Shown here one piece after another: positions 17,659-27,490 of a stretch of DNA of 47,173 nucleotides. The DNA comes from Myxococcota bacterium (GTDB lineage: Bacteria > Myxococcota_C > UBA6777). The notes under the pieces are model-generated. The model worked only from the letters and a program-made list of their open reading frames with translations, ran no database searches and was not told the DNA's origin. How positions within the stretch are numbered: the first letter of the stretch is position 1; each line of letters begins with the position of its first letter. The stretch lies in the NCBI GenBank assembly GCA_023150835.1, contig JAKLKB010000038.1, positions 1 to 47,173 on the forward strand, in the 5' to 3' direction. The position numbers and the translations under genes are program-made.

Positions 17659-19101
17659 ATGTTCGCATGGATCTTCTCGCAGCTTGTCGCTGCTCGCGGC
17701 GACCGCCACCTTCGCACCGCGACAACACAGCTTCTTCAACGGCCCTCTCCGTATCCCAAAAGCCGATACAGCGGTTTTTTTTCGATATTGGCGCTTGGGT
17801 GGCTCGGCGTTTGTCTTTGCGCTTGCCAACTCCCCGACGAAGGATCTGGACGCATCGGCCCGATCAAACAGTGGGGACTCGATCTCAAGTCGGCGATCCA
17901 CTCGCTTCCCGCGATCGATCAAAACGGAAACCTCTACGTCGGGACAGCAGACGGTCGGTTTCTTTCGTTGACGCCTCGTGCAAGTATCCGTTGGGAGACC
18001 AAACTCGAAGGTATCGTCTTGAGTCCGTCGATCTCTCCTTCGGGTGTGCTGGTCGTCAACACCCACGAAGGCTTCATTGAAGCCTTTCACCTTGATGGAC
18101 GCTCGCTTTGGAAGCATCAACCTCGCAAGTTACTCTTCGGTTGCCCCCCTGCTTACGGCAAAAACGAAAAGAACGAAGAAGTGGTCTTTACGGCAGGTGA
18201 TCTGGTCTTGGTGGCTTACACGACGCAAGACGGCAAACCCTACGTCTTGGGCAAAGATCTGCCCTTGGTGTATACTTGCCCTTCTGTTGGGCCTGACAAC
18301 ACCTTGTATTATGGCGATCGCGAATATGTCTATGCTTGGGATATCAAAACCAAGACAGAACGCTGGCGTTATTTCTTTGGCAAACGCACCTCAAGCCCTG
18401 CTGTGGATCGCGCAGGAAACCTCTATTTTGGAACGACGGATGCGCGTCTGGTGAGCCTCACCGCCCAAGGCCGATTTCGCTGGCATTACCTCCCGCCCGA
18501 TATCGCGAAGACTTGGAAGCCCGCCTCTCGCCCCACCTCCCGCAGCGCTACCTCCCCCGCCGACGAACTCCCCAAAGCGCTCACCAAAGAACAACTCCGC
18601 GAACAATTGATGAAGCGCATCCAAGAGATGATGAACAAACGCGCAAGTACCCGCCCACCCGGCTTACAAAAACCACCACGCCCTCCCACCCACCTTTCTC
18701 CTTATCAAAAACTTCCTGCCTTTGGCCCCGCCGCCAAACAAGCCTACAAAAAGATCTTCCCGATGACTTGGCCAACCCTCCGACCCGATGGTGAAATCCT
18801 CACCGTCCGCCACGACAAAGGCGCCTACATCATCACCCCCCAAGGGCGACTGCGAAAGTTCATCCACCAAGCCGAAGGCTCTTTCCGTGGCCGCCCACTG
18901 ATCGACCGCAAAGGTCGCTTTTTCCTCGGCTCACCCGCTGCCCTCTTCTTCGCCTACACCCCCGACGGAACACTTGCTTACGACTTTTTTACGGGCGGCG
19001 AAGCCATCACAGGCGCAGCCTTTTCTCCCGACCAAAACACCGTATACTTCGGCACCATGAGCGGCCACCTCTACGCACTCCACGCTCAAAAACAAAAATA
19101 G
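17659..19101 (+). CDS. PQQ-like (BamB-type) beta-propeller lipoprotein
   Basis: LCAC lipobox-like motif. Repeated SPAI/VD..G.LY.GT.D..L..L...G..RW blades. Pro-rich insertion. Start codon uncertain. Confidence 0.8.
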   Translation: MFAWIFSQLVAARGDRHLRTATTQLLQRPSPYPKSRYSGFFSILALGWLGVCLCACQLPDEGSGRIGPIKQWGLDLKSAIHSLPAIDQNGNLYVGTADGRFLSLTPRASIRWETKLEGIVLSPSISPSGVLVVNTHEGFIEAFHLDGRSLWKHQPRKLLFGCPPAYGKNEKNEEVVFTAGDLVLVAYTTQDGKPYVLGKDLPLVYTCPSVGPDNTLYYGDREYVYAWDIKTKTERWRYFFGKRTSSPAVDRAGNLYFGTTDARLVSLTAQGRFRWHYLPPDIAKTWKPASRPTSRSATSPADELPKALTKEQLREQLMKRIQEMMNKRASTRPPGLQKPPRPPTHLSPYQKLPAFGPAAKQAYKKIFPMTWPTLRPDGEILTVRHDKGAYIITPQGRLRKFIHQAEGSFRGRPLIDRKGRFFLGSPAALFFAYTPDGTLAYDFFTGGEAITGAAFSPDQNTVYFGTMSGHLYALHAQKQK

Positions 19102-19127
19102 CTTTCCTTCTGTCCCTTCCCCGATTT

Positions 19128-19200
19128 GACTTACGTGGCGGGTTTTGTGGGGTTTTACCCCATACGCGCCTTGTTAAGCGATGGTTGGCCCCCCACCCCG
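19128..19200 (-). repeat. Partial family B MITE-like repeat
   Basis: gacttacg..gttttgtggggttttaccccatacgc matches the reverse complement of the family B end. Confidence 0.55.
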
Positions 19201-19226
19201 AACACTCGGACACTTCGCGTAAAGAC

Positions 19227-19348
19227 GTAGGGGCAGCCCCCTGTGGCTGCCCTATAATCGGGTGTCTACGTACTCTCCTTTGCTGTGTACATCACCCGGA
19301 TATCGTATCATGCCGACGTTTCGATCACACATCGCTCGGATATCGTAC
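19227..19348. repeat. Family A REP element
   Basis: gtaggggcagccccctgtggctgccc..gggtgtctac..cgatcacacatc..ggatatcgta, lying between convergent genes. Confidence 0.85.
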
Positions 19349-19367
19349 AAAGCTGTTTTTGCATAAA

Positions 19368-20300
19368 TCAGAAATACCAGAAAAAATTAAGCGTCGGAAG
19401 AGGAAGAAAAGGTAGGGTTGTTTTCGGATCGAAGTTATAGACAAAACTGATGCCTGCGGTAAAAGAAAAGCTATTTTCTGCCAGAAAATGCACTCCGAGA
19501 TCGAAGTGCAACACAGGCTCGGGAAACGATGCGCTCAACACGCCTGTCCAACCTTTCAAAGGCATCATCATACCGCCGCCGATATACGGAGACCATGCGA
19601 AACTGCGCAAAGGGATGACGCGAAACGAGATATCAAGGGACGGAGAAAGTGGAGCGAATGTCACCACAGGATTGATCAGGCCCCACAACAAAAGGCTGAC
19701 TTGAATCCCCCCCAAACCTTCGATGCCTGCGCTCAGTCCCGCTCCAAGGTTCCACACGCGCTGTTTGCGGGTCAACAACAGCGGCGCAGAAGGTTTTGCA
19801 AGATCGTGTGTTTGAAGCTGTTTGTAGTGAGCCACGAATTGAGGATCTTCGAGCAGTCTCGGATCTTCTTTGAGGGCGCGTTGATAAAAGCGCCGCTGTT
19901 GGGGCGCATCGCCTTGTTTCGCGTATTGCTCCGCCATGCGCAGATAAGCGCGTGCGAGATAATAACGCAGCAATGGGCGTGTTGGATTGTTCTTTCGAGC
20001 TTTTTCGAGGGCCTCGATCGCCGAAGATATCTCACCCTTTTGATAAAACTGCACACCTTCGCGGATATCCGCCTCGATCGTGGAGGGGACACGCTCTGCA
20101 CACGGCTCAGATGGAGAGAGTTCCAACAAAGCGACGGTGCCTCCGACGGACTCCGCAAGACGCGGGGGCGGACAAGGCATCGCATGAACGCGCCAAGGCA
20201 TCCCCCACGCACAAAGGCCCAATATCCCCCAAAAAGCGGCAAGAAGAGAGCTACAGCGTGGGGCTTGTGGAAGGAATCTTACGACGAGGCATGATATCCC
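19368..20300 (-). CDS. TPR-containing exported protein with putative C-terminal beta-barrel (start uncertain)
   Basis: Hydrophobic leader LLAAFWGILGLCAWG. TPR-like GVQFYQKGEISSAIEALEKA..YYLARAY. Amphipathic strands ending in LNFFWYF. The ORF extension to 20867 runs through repeats and is unlikely to be coding. Confidence 0.65.
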   Translation of the reverse strand, partial: GISCLVVRFLPQAPRCSSLLAAFWGILGLCAWGMPWRVHAMPCPPPRLAESVGGTVALLELSPSEPCAERVPSTIEADIREGVQFYQKGEISSAIEALEKARKNNPTRPLLRYYLARAYLRMAEQYAKQGDAPQQRRFYQRALKEDPRLLEDPQFVAHYKQLQTHDLAKPSAPLLLTRKQRVWNLGAGLSAGIEGLGGIQVSLLLWGLINPVVTFAPLSPSLDISFRVIPLRSFAWSPYIGGGMMMPLKGWTGVLSASFPEPVLHFDLGVHFLAENSFSFTAGISFVYNFDPKTTLPFLPLPTLNFFWYF

Positions 20301-20363
20301 CGAAGCAGCAGCCCCAAGCTGACACGGAGCGACTCCGAAGCAACCCAAAAACAGACCGTAGAG

Positions 20364-20535
20364 AGGACTTACGCAGTTGCCCAAAAAAAGCCGTGTTCGC
20401 GGGATTTCAACAAGCGGCTGTGCCGTTTGTGTGAAACACCATCGATCACCCCGCCAACACGGGGTCAAGCGAGCCGCGCTCCCTTGCAGGGTGTGGGGTG
20501 GAACCCCACAAAAACCATCCCGTTGCGTAAGTCCT
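20364..20535 (+). mobile_element. MITE-like element (family B) with perfect 12-bp terminal inverted repeats
   Basis: AGGACTTACGCA (20364-20375) ... TGCGTAAGTCCT (20524-20535). Internal ggggtcaag..gtggggtggaaccccac hairpins. Confidence 0.8.
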
Positions 20536-20763
20536 ATGTAGATTCGGCGCAACATCACGTGCTTTGTTCTCGTACCTGTGTGCTTCTCGAATATCGCGAT
20601 CCCATCGGATCGATCGCAGACCTGTTTTCTCAAAGCGCCCTCTTTCCCTTGCGCCGCATTGCACAAACAAGGCCACCTACCCACCCATCGTCTTCGGTTG
20701 CCCTGATCTCCTTTCCTTTGCGCCGCCAACTTAGCACACCTTCGCCGCCGCACGTCAACAAGT

Positions 20764-20853
20764 GACTCCGACCTGTATCTGAGATCCACCAAGAAGCGAC
20801 TCCGACCTGTATCTGAGATCCACCAAGAAGCGACTCCGACCTGTATCTGAGAT
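20764..20853. repeat. 34-bp tandem repeat (2.6 copies)
   Basis: gactccgacctgtatctgagatccaccaagaagc at 20764, 20798 and partially at 20832. Confidence 0.9.
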
Positions 20854-21010
20854 TCACACCGAGACACGCAAGATCACACCACAGCAAGCACGCAAAAGAA
20901 CCCAAACAAGAATAGATCGGATCGCAAAGAACCCCGTTGCAAGCATCCGAAAAAACCGCTTCGCTCGCCCCAGCACACAAACCCAGCGGCTTCACGCCTC
21001 AACCCCCAAC

Positions 21011-21178
21011 AGGAGCGACGCAGTTGCCAAAAAAGCCGTGTTCGCGACACTTCAAGCGACAGAGCCGTTGTTTTGAAAGACCTGTGATCTGTTCGCCAAC
21101 ACGGGGTCCATAGAGCCGCGCTAAGGAAGTGGGGCGTGGGGTGACACCCCACAAAACAAGCCCAACCACGTAAGTCCC
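21011..21178 (+). mobile_element. Family B MITE-like copy
   Basis: aggagcgacgcagttgccaaaaaagccgtgttcgc..gccaacacggggtc..ggggtgacaccccacaaaac..cgtaagtcc. Confidence 0.75.
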
Positions 21179-21199
21179 AACCAAAAAAAGGATTTTTCG

Positions 21200-22063
21200 A
21201 TGAAACGAGCTTCTCTGCTTACACTTTTTTTAAGCCTTAGTCTCTTTATTTTGCATGCTTTTTTCTTTACAAAAGCCCACGCACGCCAGCCCAAGGCTTT
21301 TCCTTGCCTGCGCGTTGTGCCCGGACAATCCATCGGGAGCGTGCGGATCGGCATGACACGACAAGAGATCCACCAACTCAACAAACAAGGCATCTCTGTT
21401 CGCCTAGAACAACCGAGCCTTCCGCACATCTATCTTGTCTCAAAGCTGCGTGTCATCTTGACGCAAACAACCAACCCAACGGTTTGGTTCATCGACGCGA
21501 CCATCTACCCTGCTGATCAGACTTGCGTGCAGATCGATGACAAGATCATCCATCCCGCCCGAAATTGGCTTCATACCGCCGCAACCTACGGGATATGCGA
21601 GCCGATCGAGAGGCGAACAGGTGGAAACGCCATCTCTTGCGCCAGCAAGGGCATGATGTTGCTCAAAAGCCGCAGTCCGGGCTTTCGGATCACCGTATCC
21701 CCGACCACTCGCTCCATCCAACATCCCCGATGCGACGGGTATATCCAACGCGGCATGGGCATCGCCGCTCACGGACAATGGACTCCTGCGTTCCCGAATT
21801 TTCCCGCAGAGTGGACACTTCAACAAGGAAAAACGTACTGCATGGATCATCTTCTTCTCAACACCCAGACCACCCCCTCACAGATCCCGACGATGGGCGA
21901 ATGCACGACCCTACGCCGAAGAGGCGGAAGCATCGTCTATTGCAACCACTCTGGCCTAGCCTTGTTTTTTGCAGGCCCTTACGAAAAGCTCGAACGCCTC
22001 GTCCTCTACCACCAAAGCCACCTCCCGCTTTCGATCCACTACCCGCCCCAAATCAAGAAATAA
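21200..22063 (+). CDS. Secreted Cys-containing hypothetical protein
   Basis: Signal peptide MKRASLLTLFLSLSLFILHAFFFTKAHA. VVPGQSIGSVRIGMT motif. Internally duplicated C....RR.GG....C module. Confidence 0.75.
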   Translation: MKRASLLTLFLSLSLFILHAFFFTKAHARQPKAFPCLRVVPGQSIGSVRIGMTRQEIHQLNKQGISVRLEQPSLPHIYLVSKLRVILTQTTNPTVWFIDATIYPADQTCVQIDDKIIHPARNWLHTAATYGICEPIERRTGGNAISCASKGMMLLKSRSPGFRITVSPTTRSIQHPRCDGYIQRGMGIAAHGQWTPAFPNFPAEWTLQQGKTYCMDHLLLNTQTTPSQIPTMGECTTLRRRGGSIVYCNHSGLALFFAGPYEKLERLVLYHQSHLPLSIHYPPQIKK

Positions 22064-22071
22064 CTCCCCAT

Positions 22072-22238
22072 AGCACTTACGCAGTTCGATGGTTTTTATG
22101 GGGTTTCACCCCACACCCCACTTCCTTAGCGCGGCTCCCTTGACCCCGTATTCGCGGGACCGTCGATGGTGTTTCAAACAAACAACACAGCCGCTTGAAG
22201 TACTGCGAGCACAGCTTTTTTGGCAACTGCGTAAGCTT
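22072..22238 (-). mobile_element. Family B MITE-like copy (inverted orientation)
   Basis: cttacgcagtt ... aactgcgtaag termini. Internal sequence is the reverse complement of the 20364 copy. Confidence 0.8.
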
Positions 22239-22388
22239 TTTTGTTTTTGTAGAGCTTGGCTCCACACCCCGCCCGTCTGATTGACGTCGTCTTGCAAGAA
22301 GACGACACTCAGCCAAAGCGATCATGTTGTTGTACTGCAACAGCAACCTGCAAAACCCCACCCATCCGCCGTAATAGAAGGAGCGAAG

Positions 22389-24209
22389 ATGCGATATCCC
22401 ACGTTTTTGTTTGGAGCGTCTCTTACTTTGTTCTTGTCTTTCTCTTGGCTTGGATGCGACCCGATGCCCCCCACCGAGGCCACCCAACAAGAGACCACGT
22501 CTTCTCAGGAAAATAGCCGCGAATCCTCTCAAGAACAAACCACCCCCAACGAGATCTCGAACCCACCCGACGGAAGCAACGAACCGATCACACCACCCGA
22601 CGGAAGCAACGAACCGATCGCACCACCACCTGACGGAAGCAGCGAACCGCTCACGCCCGAATTTGACGAACCAACCGAGCCTTCGGGAAATGAAACGTCC
22701 AACGACAGCTCTCCCGAACCTCTCATGGAAGCTGCAAACGAGGCCACTCCCGAAACCACCGCAGAAGCGTCACCCGAGCTTGCACAAGAAACCACTCCCG
22801 AAACCACCCCAAAGATCCCCACCCAAGCCCTGCTCGGACCGATCACTCAGATCGGCAAACCCATGCTGCCCTACTCGCCGTCGGGAATTTATGGCCAAAA
22901 GCCCCAAATCATCGGGATCTCACGCACAGACGGAAGCGTCGACGTGGCTTGGCTTGACCAAACCTCACCTTCCCCGATCTTCGTCACGCACATCCGCCCC
23001 GATAGCAACGGATACAAAGCGGCGTGGCATCTCAAGTCCCATTCCCTCGGATTACTCGCAGGTTTTGCACGCACAGAAAACGATCACTTTCTCGTCCTCA
23101 CAGCCATCAAAGAGGATATCGGTCGCAACACAACCCCCAACAAGCAACATCGCGACAAGATCTTGCAGTTGGTTCGGCTCGATGACGAAGGCAAGCAGAC
23201 CTACCTCACAGAGATGCGCACAGATCTGTTCAAAGCAACGGAACTCCCCGTATACGAGCCGCTTTCCTTTGGCACAGGACGACTGGCCTACGGAAACAAC
23301 CGCTTTTTGATCCACATCGCACAACGCACAGAGTACGATGCCGCCGTCAGCCAACGCCACCAGATCGCCAGCTACATCTGGGGAAATGCCACCACAGGGC
23401 TTTTGACGGGTCGGATGCAAGGCATCAGTCACTCGTTCCAACAGCGCCTTCTTTTCGATGGGACGGTCTTTATCGGGAGTGCGCTGGGTGATGCTTCGCT
23501 GCGTGGGATCTCCATGCGAAAGTTTTCCAACCAAACCCAACACCTCGGCGTCAAAACCGCTTTTGCCGTCAAAGGCGGAAGTCAAGACACAGGGGGCGGA
23601 TACAACAACACCTTCTCGCGTCACGGTCAGATCGCTGTGGGCGACAAAGGTTATGCGTTGTTGTTTTCAACCGAAAATACGGACGTTTACCTCAATGCAA
23701 CCAACGCTGCACGCAATCTGGCCTTTTTGCACATCGTCAAAGAATTTCAGTCCGCCAAGGCCCCTGATGGAAACAGCTATAACGTCCATATCACCGACAC
23801 TTCCACCAGTAATCCCAACACCAAAACGCTGGAAGTGGCGATCAAAGATTATTGGGGCAAAACCTTTGCAGGAAAAAACAAAGATATCGCTTGGCTCACG
23901 CAGTACACCACATCGACCGAACACGCCGAATGTCCGAAGATCGTGCGCGTTGGCACCAACCGCTATCTGGTCGTGTGGGAAAAATGGACCAACGGACAGC
24001 ACACATCGAGCTTTGCGATGTTGGTGGACGAGTATGGAAACACAGTCAAAGCCGCGAAAGATATCGGAAAGCTGAGGCTGCACAAAGACGATGATGCGTT
24101 TGCGCTTGGAGACAAAGCTGCGTGGGTGATCGGAGCTGCAAACCCCGCAAGGCTGGTCTTGATCACCGTCGACCAAAATCTCACACCGAGATCCTACGAC
24201 ATCCCCTAA
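22389..24209 (+). CDS. Lipoprotein with acidic Pro/Thr linker and beta-rich C-terminal domain
   Basis: AAGGAG RBS. MRYPTFLFGASLTLFLSFSWLGC lipobox. PPDGSNEP repeats. ~450-aa beta-strand-rich domain. Confidence 0.8.
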   Translation: MRYPTFLFGASLTLFLSFSWLGCDPMPPTEATQQETTSSQENSRESSQEQTTPNEISNPPDGSNEPITPPDGSNEPIAPPPDGSSEPLTPEFDEPTEPSGNETSNDSSPEPLMEAANEATPETTAEASPELAQETTPETTPKIPTQALLGPITQIGKPMLPYSPSGIYGQKPQIIGISRTDGSVDVAWLDQTSPSPIFVTHIRPDSNGYKAAWHLKSHSLGLLAGFARTENDHFLVLTAIKEDIGRNTTPNKQHRDKILQLVRLDDEGKQTYLTEMRTDLFKATELPVYEPLSFGTGRLAYGNNRFLIHIAQRTEYDAAVSQRHQIASYIWGNATTGLLTGRMQGISHSFQQRLLFDGTVFIGSALGDASLRGISMRKFSNQTQHLGVKTAFAVKGGSQDTGGGYNNTFSRHGQIAVGDKGYALLFSTENTDVYLNATNAARNLAFLHIVKEFQSAKAPDGNSYNVHITDTSTSNPNTKTLEVAIKDYWGKTFAGKNKDIAWLTQYTTSTEHAECPKIVRVGTNRYLVVWEKWTNGQHTSSFAMLVDEYGNTVKAAKDIGKLRLHKDDDAFALGDKAAWVIGAANPARLVLITVDQNLTPRSYDIP

Positions 24210-24212
24210 CCA

Positions 24213-24767
24213 TTACAGATCCGTTTTTTCGAGAAATGCGGGAGGGATCGGTTCAGAAAGGAAGTGTTCTTGATCGGGCTGAAAGAACTTGACGCCCGAA
24301 TCATGGGCCTTTTCAGCATGAATGCGCAAGATCAGGGGGTGGGGGGTGTAGCGACGGGCCACCGAACGGGCGCGTTCGAGTTCGATCGTCAGGTGGACAT
24401 ATTGGCGCTGCATCGGCAAAAGTCCGGTCTGTTGGATCTTTTGCCATGCTTCGGGGGTGGTGCCGTGGTACAAAAACGCGGGTGGAGCGGCCTCTTCGTA
24501 GACAATCGGGGTCACTTTGCTGTGGCCGTAAAAAGCGCGGATCTTCCCATCGATCCGCTCAAATCGCTTCTTTCCATCTTTGTCCCCTGCCAAGACTTCG
24601 TCGAGGTCGTCCTGTGTAAAACGCTTTCCATAGCGATCTTCGACACAACACCAGACCGCATCGAAGTCTGCGAAGCCTTGATCATCCAAGACAAGGCCGA
24701 ACTCTTCGGCACCGTGACGCAAAAGAAAAGAAAGAAATTTGGAGAGTTGAAGTGTGGGTTTCGACAT
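24213..24767 (-). CDS. kptA: RNA 2'-phosphotransferase (Tpt1/KptA)
   Basis: LSKFLSFLLRH, KKRFE, IRAFYGHS, LYHGT, GLLPMQRQYVHLT. Confidence 0.95.
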   Translation of the reverse strand: MSKPTLQLSKFLSFLLRHGAEEFGLVLDDQGFADFDAVWCCVEDRYGKRFTQDDLDEVLAGDKDGKKRFERIDGKIRAFYGHSKVTPIVYEEAAPPAFLYHGTTPEAWQKIQQTGLLPMQRQYVHLTIELERARSVARRYTPHPLILRIHAEKAHDSGVKFFQPDQEHFLSEPIPPAFLEKTDL

Positions 24768-24819
24768 CAGGTATCCCTTTGCAAAAGCTCTATGGTTCGA
24801 AAAGATCCAAGGCAGGTGG

Positions 24820-24910
24820 TTTGTTTAAAAGGCGACAGATCAGCCCGCCCCTCTTGGGGTCAAGGGGGCGCACTACGGAGGCGTGGCGTGGGTGGCCCCC
24901 CACAAAAACA
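24820..24910 (+). repeat. Partial family B repeat
   Basis: ggggtcaagggggcg..ggcgtgggtggcccccacaaaaac. Confidence 0.55.
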
Positions 24911-25059
24911 GCCCAACAAGTCCGTCCTCTGCTCGGACAGTTGCGTTGCTTGACGGGGTGAGTCTAGGATAAGTTTGCAGACGCCAGAGAAATCTTTGGC
25001 TTGTCAGAGAGTGCCCGAGAAAAACGCCGATTCTTCGGCTCAAACGGAGACGTTGTTTT

Positions 25060-26217
25060 ATGAAGTTTACGCAAGAGCATCAGATGTTTCGCCAAAGTGT
25101 ACGAAAGTTCGTGGAAAACGAGATCAACCCACACGTCGACGCATGGGAAGCTGCCGAAGAATTCCCCTCGCACGATCTGTTCAAAAAGATGGGTAGTCTG
25201 GGCTTTTTGGGTGCATCCTATCCCGAAGAGTACGGTGGTTTGGGCCTCGACTACTCTTATAACGTGGTTTTGGCCGAAGAGATGGCGCGGATCAAGTGCG
25301 CGGGTGTTCCGATGGCGATCGCTGTTCAAACCGATATGGCGACACCAGCGTTGGCGGCGTTTGGCAGCGATGAACTCAAGCGAGAATTTTTGGCTCCTGC
25401 GATCCGAGGCGAGATGGTCGCTGCGATCGCGGTTTCGGAGCCGGGTGCGGGTTCGGATGTTGCAGCGATCGCGACACGCGCAGACAGCGATGGGGACGAC
25501 TACATCATCAACGGCAGCAAGATCTACATCACGAACGGCTGCAAAGCGGATTGGTTGTGTTTGTTGGCGCGCACGTCACCCGGGACGGGATTTCGGGGGA
25601 TGTCGCTGATCGTGATCCCCACCCAAACTTCGGGAGTCAGCGTCAGCCGCAAACTCAAAAAGATGGGCAATCTATCGAGCGATACGGCAGAACTGCATTT
25701 TGAAAATGTGCGCGTTCCCAAACGCTACTGTATCGGGGAAGAAGGGATGGGCTTCATCTTGCAGATGCAGCAATTCCAAAAAGAGCGACTGATCGGCTCG
25801 ATCATGGGGGCCGAAGGGGCCGAACAGATCGTGCGTATGACGATCCGCTATTGCAAAGAACGCAAGACGTTCGGGCAACCGCTGATCGACAACCAATGGA
25901 TCCACTTCCATATCGCCGAATTATTGACGGAGATCGAGTGCTTGCGGCAGCTCAACTATTCTTGTGCGCGGCGGTTGATTGAAGGCGAAGACGTCACCCG
26001 CGAAGTCTCGATGGCAAAGCTCAAAGCAGGTCGATTGGTCCGCCAAGTGGCTGATACGTGCATCCAATTTCACGGTGGGATGGGCTATATGGAAGATTAT
26101 CCGATGGCCCGCTATTACCGCGATGCGCGGTTGATCTCGATCGGCGGCGGGGCCGATGAGATCATGCTCGGCATCATCGCCAAATACGAAGATATCCTCC
26201 CCAGTCGCAAAAAATAA
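25060..26217 (+). CDS. Acyl-CoA dehydrogenase (citronellyl-CoA dehydrogenase AtuD-like)
   Basis: AVSEPGAGSDVA, INGSKIYITNG, SDTAELHF, FQKERL, RKTFG, QFHGGMGYM, RDARLISIGGGADEIM. Confidence 0.93.
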   Translation: MKFTQEHQMFRQSVRKFVENEINPHVDAWEAAEEFPSHDLFKKMGSLGFLGASYPEEYGGLGLDYSYNVVLAEEMARIKCAGVPMAIAVQTDMATPALAAFGSDELKREFLAPAIRGEMVAAIAVSEPGAGSDVAAIATRADSDGDDYIINGSKIYITNGCKADWLCLLARTSPGTGFRGMSLIVIPTQTSGVSVSRKLKKMGNLSSDTAELHFENVRVPKRYCIGEEGMGFILQMQQFQKERLIGSIMGAEGAEQIVRMTIRYCKERKTFGQPLIDNQWIHFHIAELLTEIECLRQLNYSCARRLIEGEDVTREVSMAKLKAGRLVRQVADTCIQFHGGMGYMEDYPMARYYRDARLISIGGGADEIMLGIIAKYEDILPSRKK

Positions 26218-26234
26218 TACGATATCCGTGTGAT

Positions 26235-26331
26235 GTGTGATCGTAAGATATTGCGTAGACGCCCGATTCTTGGGCAGCCACACCTGTCTGCCCCTACGTT
26301 TTCACGATAACACTACGGGCGGATTTCGTAT
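26235..26331. repeat. Family A REP element
   Basis: gtagacgcccgattcttgggcagccacacctgtctgcccctac..gcggatttcgtat, between convergent genes. Confidence 0.85.
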
Positions 26332-26386
26332 AACCTGCGCGATCGATCCGCGAAAGCACCGTATTATCGGTCTGTTTACGCCTTTA

Positions 26387-27490
26387 TTAGCGGGGCGTTT
26401 GGGCCAAAGCTGCTGCGTTGGCGTCGAGAAAAGCGCCGAGTCGTTGGTTGAAAAGAGCGGATTCTTCAAACATCGGCATATGTCCCGATTCTTCGAAGAG
26501 ATAGAACTGAGATTGCGGGATCGCTCGTGCAAGGCGCTGTCCCATCGTAGGCAACAACAGCGGATCGTGTTTTCCCCAAAAGACCGCAGTCGGCATACGC
26601 AAGGCTTGGAGCTGTTCGGGAGAAAGGAAGCGTTCGGAGAGATACCGAGCGATGCGTGTGCGTTGTTCTTTGTTCTTCCAAAAGATCTGTTTGAGAGTCG
26701 CGTCAAGCGCAAAGTCGGGGACACCGCTTGGTTTATGGAAAACTCTATCCAAAAACACCCGTAGATGCTTGGTGTTTTGAGGGATCAACAGATCAGGAAC
26801 ATTGCCGTTGGCATAAGCAAAAGCCTTTTTGATGCGTTCTTGTTCTTCGGCAGAAGGCGAAAGCCCCGCAGCATCGACCACCACAAGCCGCGCCACTTTT
26901 TGAGGATGTCGCAAGGCAAAAGCCAGCGAGATGTATCCCCCAAACGACACACCCACAACATGAGCGCGGGCGATGCCATGCCGATCGAGTAATTCAGCGA
27001 TGGCATCGGCTTGTTCAAATGGGTTGCCTGTGAGTTCGGAACTTTTCGGAAGGCTATCACCAAACCAATAGATATCGGGGGCATAGACCCGATAAGACTT
27101 GGAAAAATGGTGTAATTGAGATTTCCATGTTTGTGCAGCATCCCCGCCAAACCCATGAACGAACATGATCGGGAACCCATGTCCGCCAGAAAAATAACGC
27201 ATACTCCCGTTGCTTAGCTCGATGGTGCGGGCATGAATCCCGTTTCCACGCAGTTGACCTTCCATGTGATCTTGGTGCATCTTAATGAAGTTGCAGCCAC
27301 CCAGTCCAACCGCCAACCCACCCACCAGCCCAGCCCGAAACAACGGCCCCATACACCACCCCAACGCTATCCCCGCAAGATGACGCCACCAAAGTACTGC
27401 AACACGGATCATACTCTTTGCCCTTTCGCCCAAAATTACGGTCGCCTTTTTCTGATGACCACGCACCAAAAAAACCAACACCTTCGTCAT
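26387..27490 (-). CDS. Alpha/beta hydrolase, probably membrane-anchored or lipoprotein
   Basis: FVHGFGG, APDI.WFG.S, VGVSFGG nucleophile elbow, WGKHDPL, SGHMP. Start is 27490 (ATGA overlap with upstream gene) or 27412. Confidence 0.9.
   Translation of the reverse strand: MTKVLVFLVRGHQKKATVILGERAKSMIRVAVLWWRHLAGIALGWCMGPLFRAGLVGGLAVGLGGCNFIKMHQDHMEGQLRGNGIHARTIELSNGSMRYFSGGHGFPIMFVHGFGGDAAQTWKSQLHHFSKSYRVYAPDIYWFGDSLPKSSELTGNPFEQADAIAELLDRHGIARAHVVGVSFGGYISLAFALRHPQKVARLVVVDAAGLSPSAEEQERIKKAFAYANGNVPDLLIPQNTKHLRVFLDRVFHKPSGVPDFALDATLKQIFWKNKEQRTRIARYLSERFLSPEQLQALRMPTAVFWGKHDPLLLPTMGQRLARAIPQSQFYLFEESGHMPMFEESALFNQRLGAFLDANAAALAQTPR

Noticed and set aside
20764-20853. CRISPR array
   Set aside because: Pure tandem repeat without spacers.
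20301-20867. N-terminal extension of the TPR protein ORF
   Set aside because: Reads through a MITE and a 34-bp tandem repeat with non-protein-like composition.
24213-24767. kptA as part of an RNA-repair or defence operon
   Set aside because: Neighbours (lipoprotein, acyl-CoA dehydrogenase) are unrelated and oppositely oriented; no RtcB or ligase nearby.
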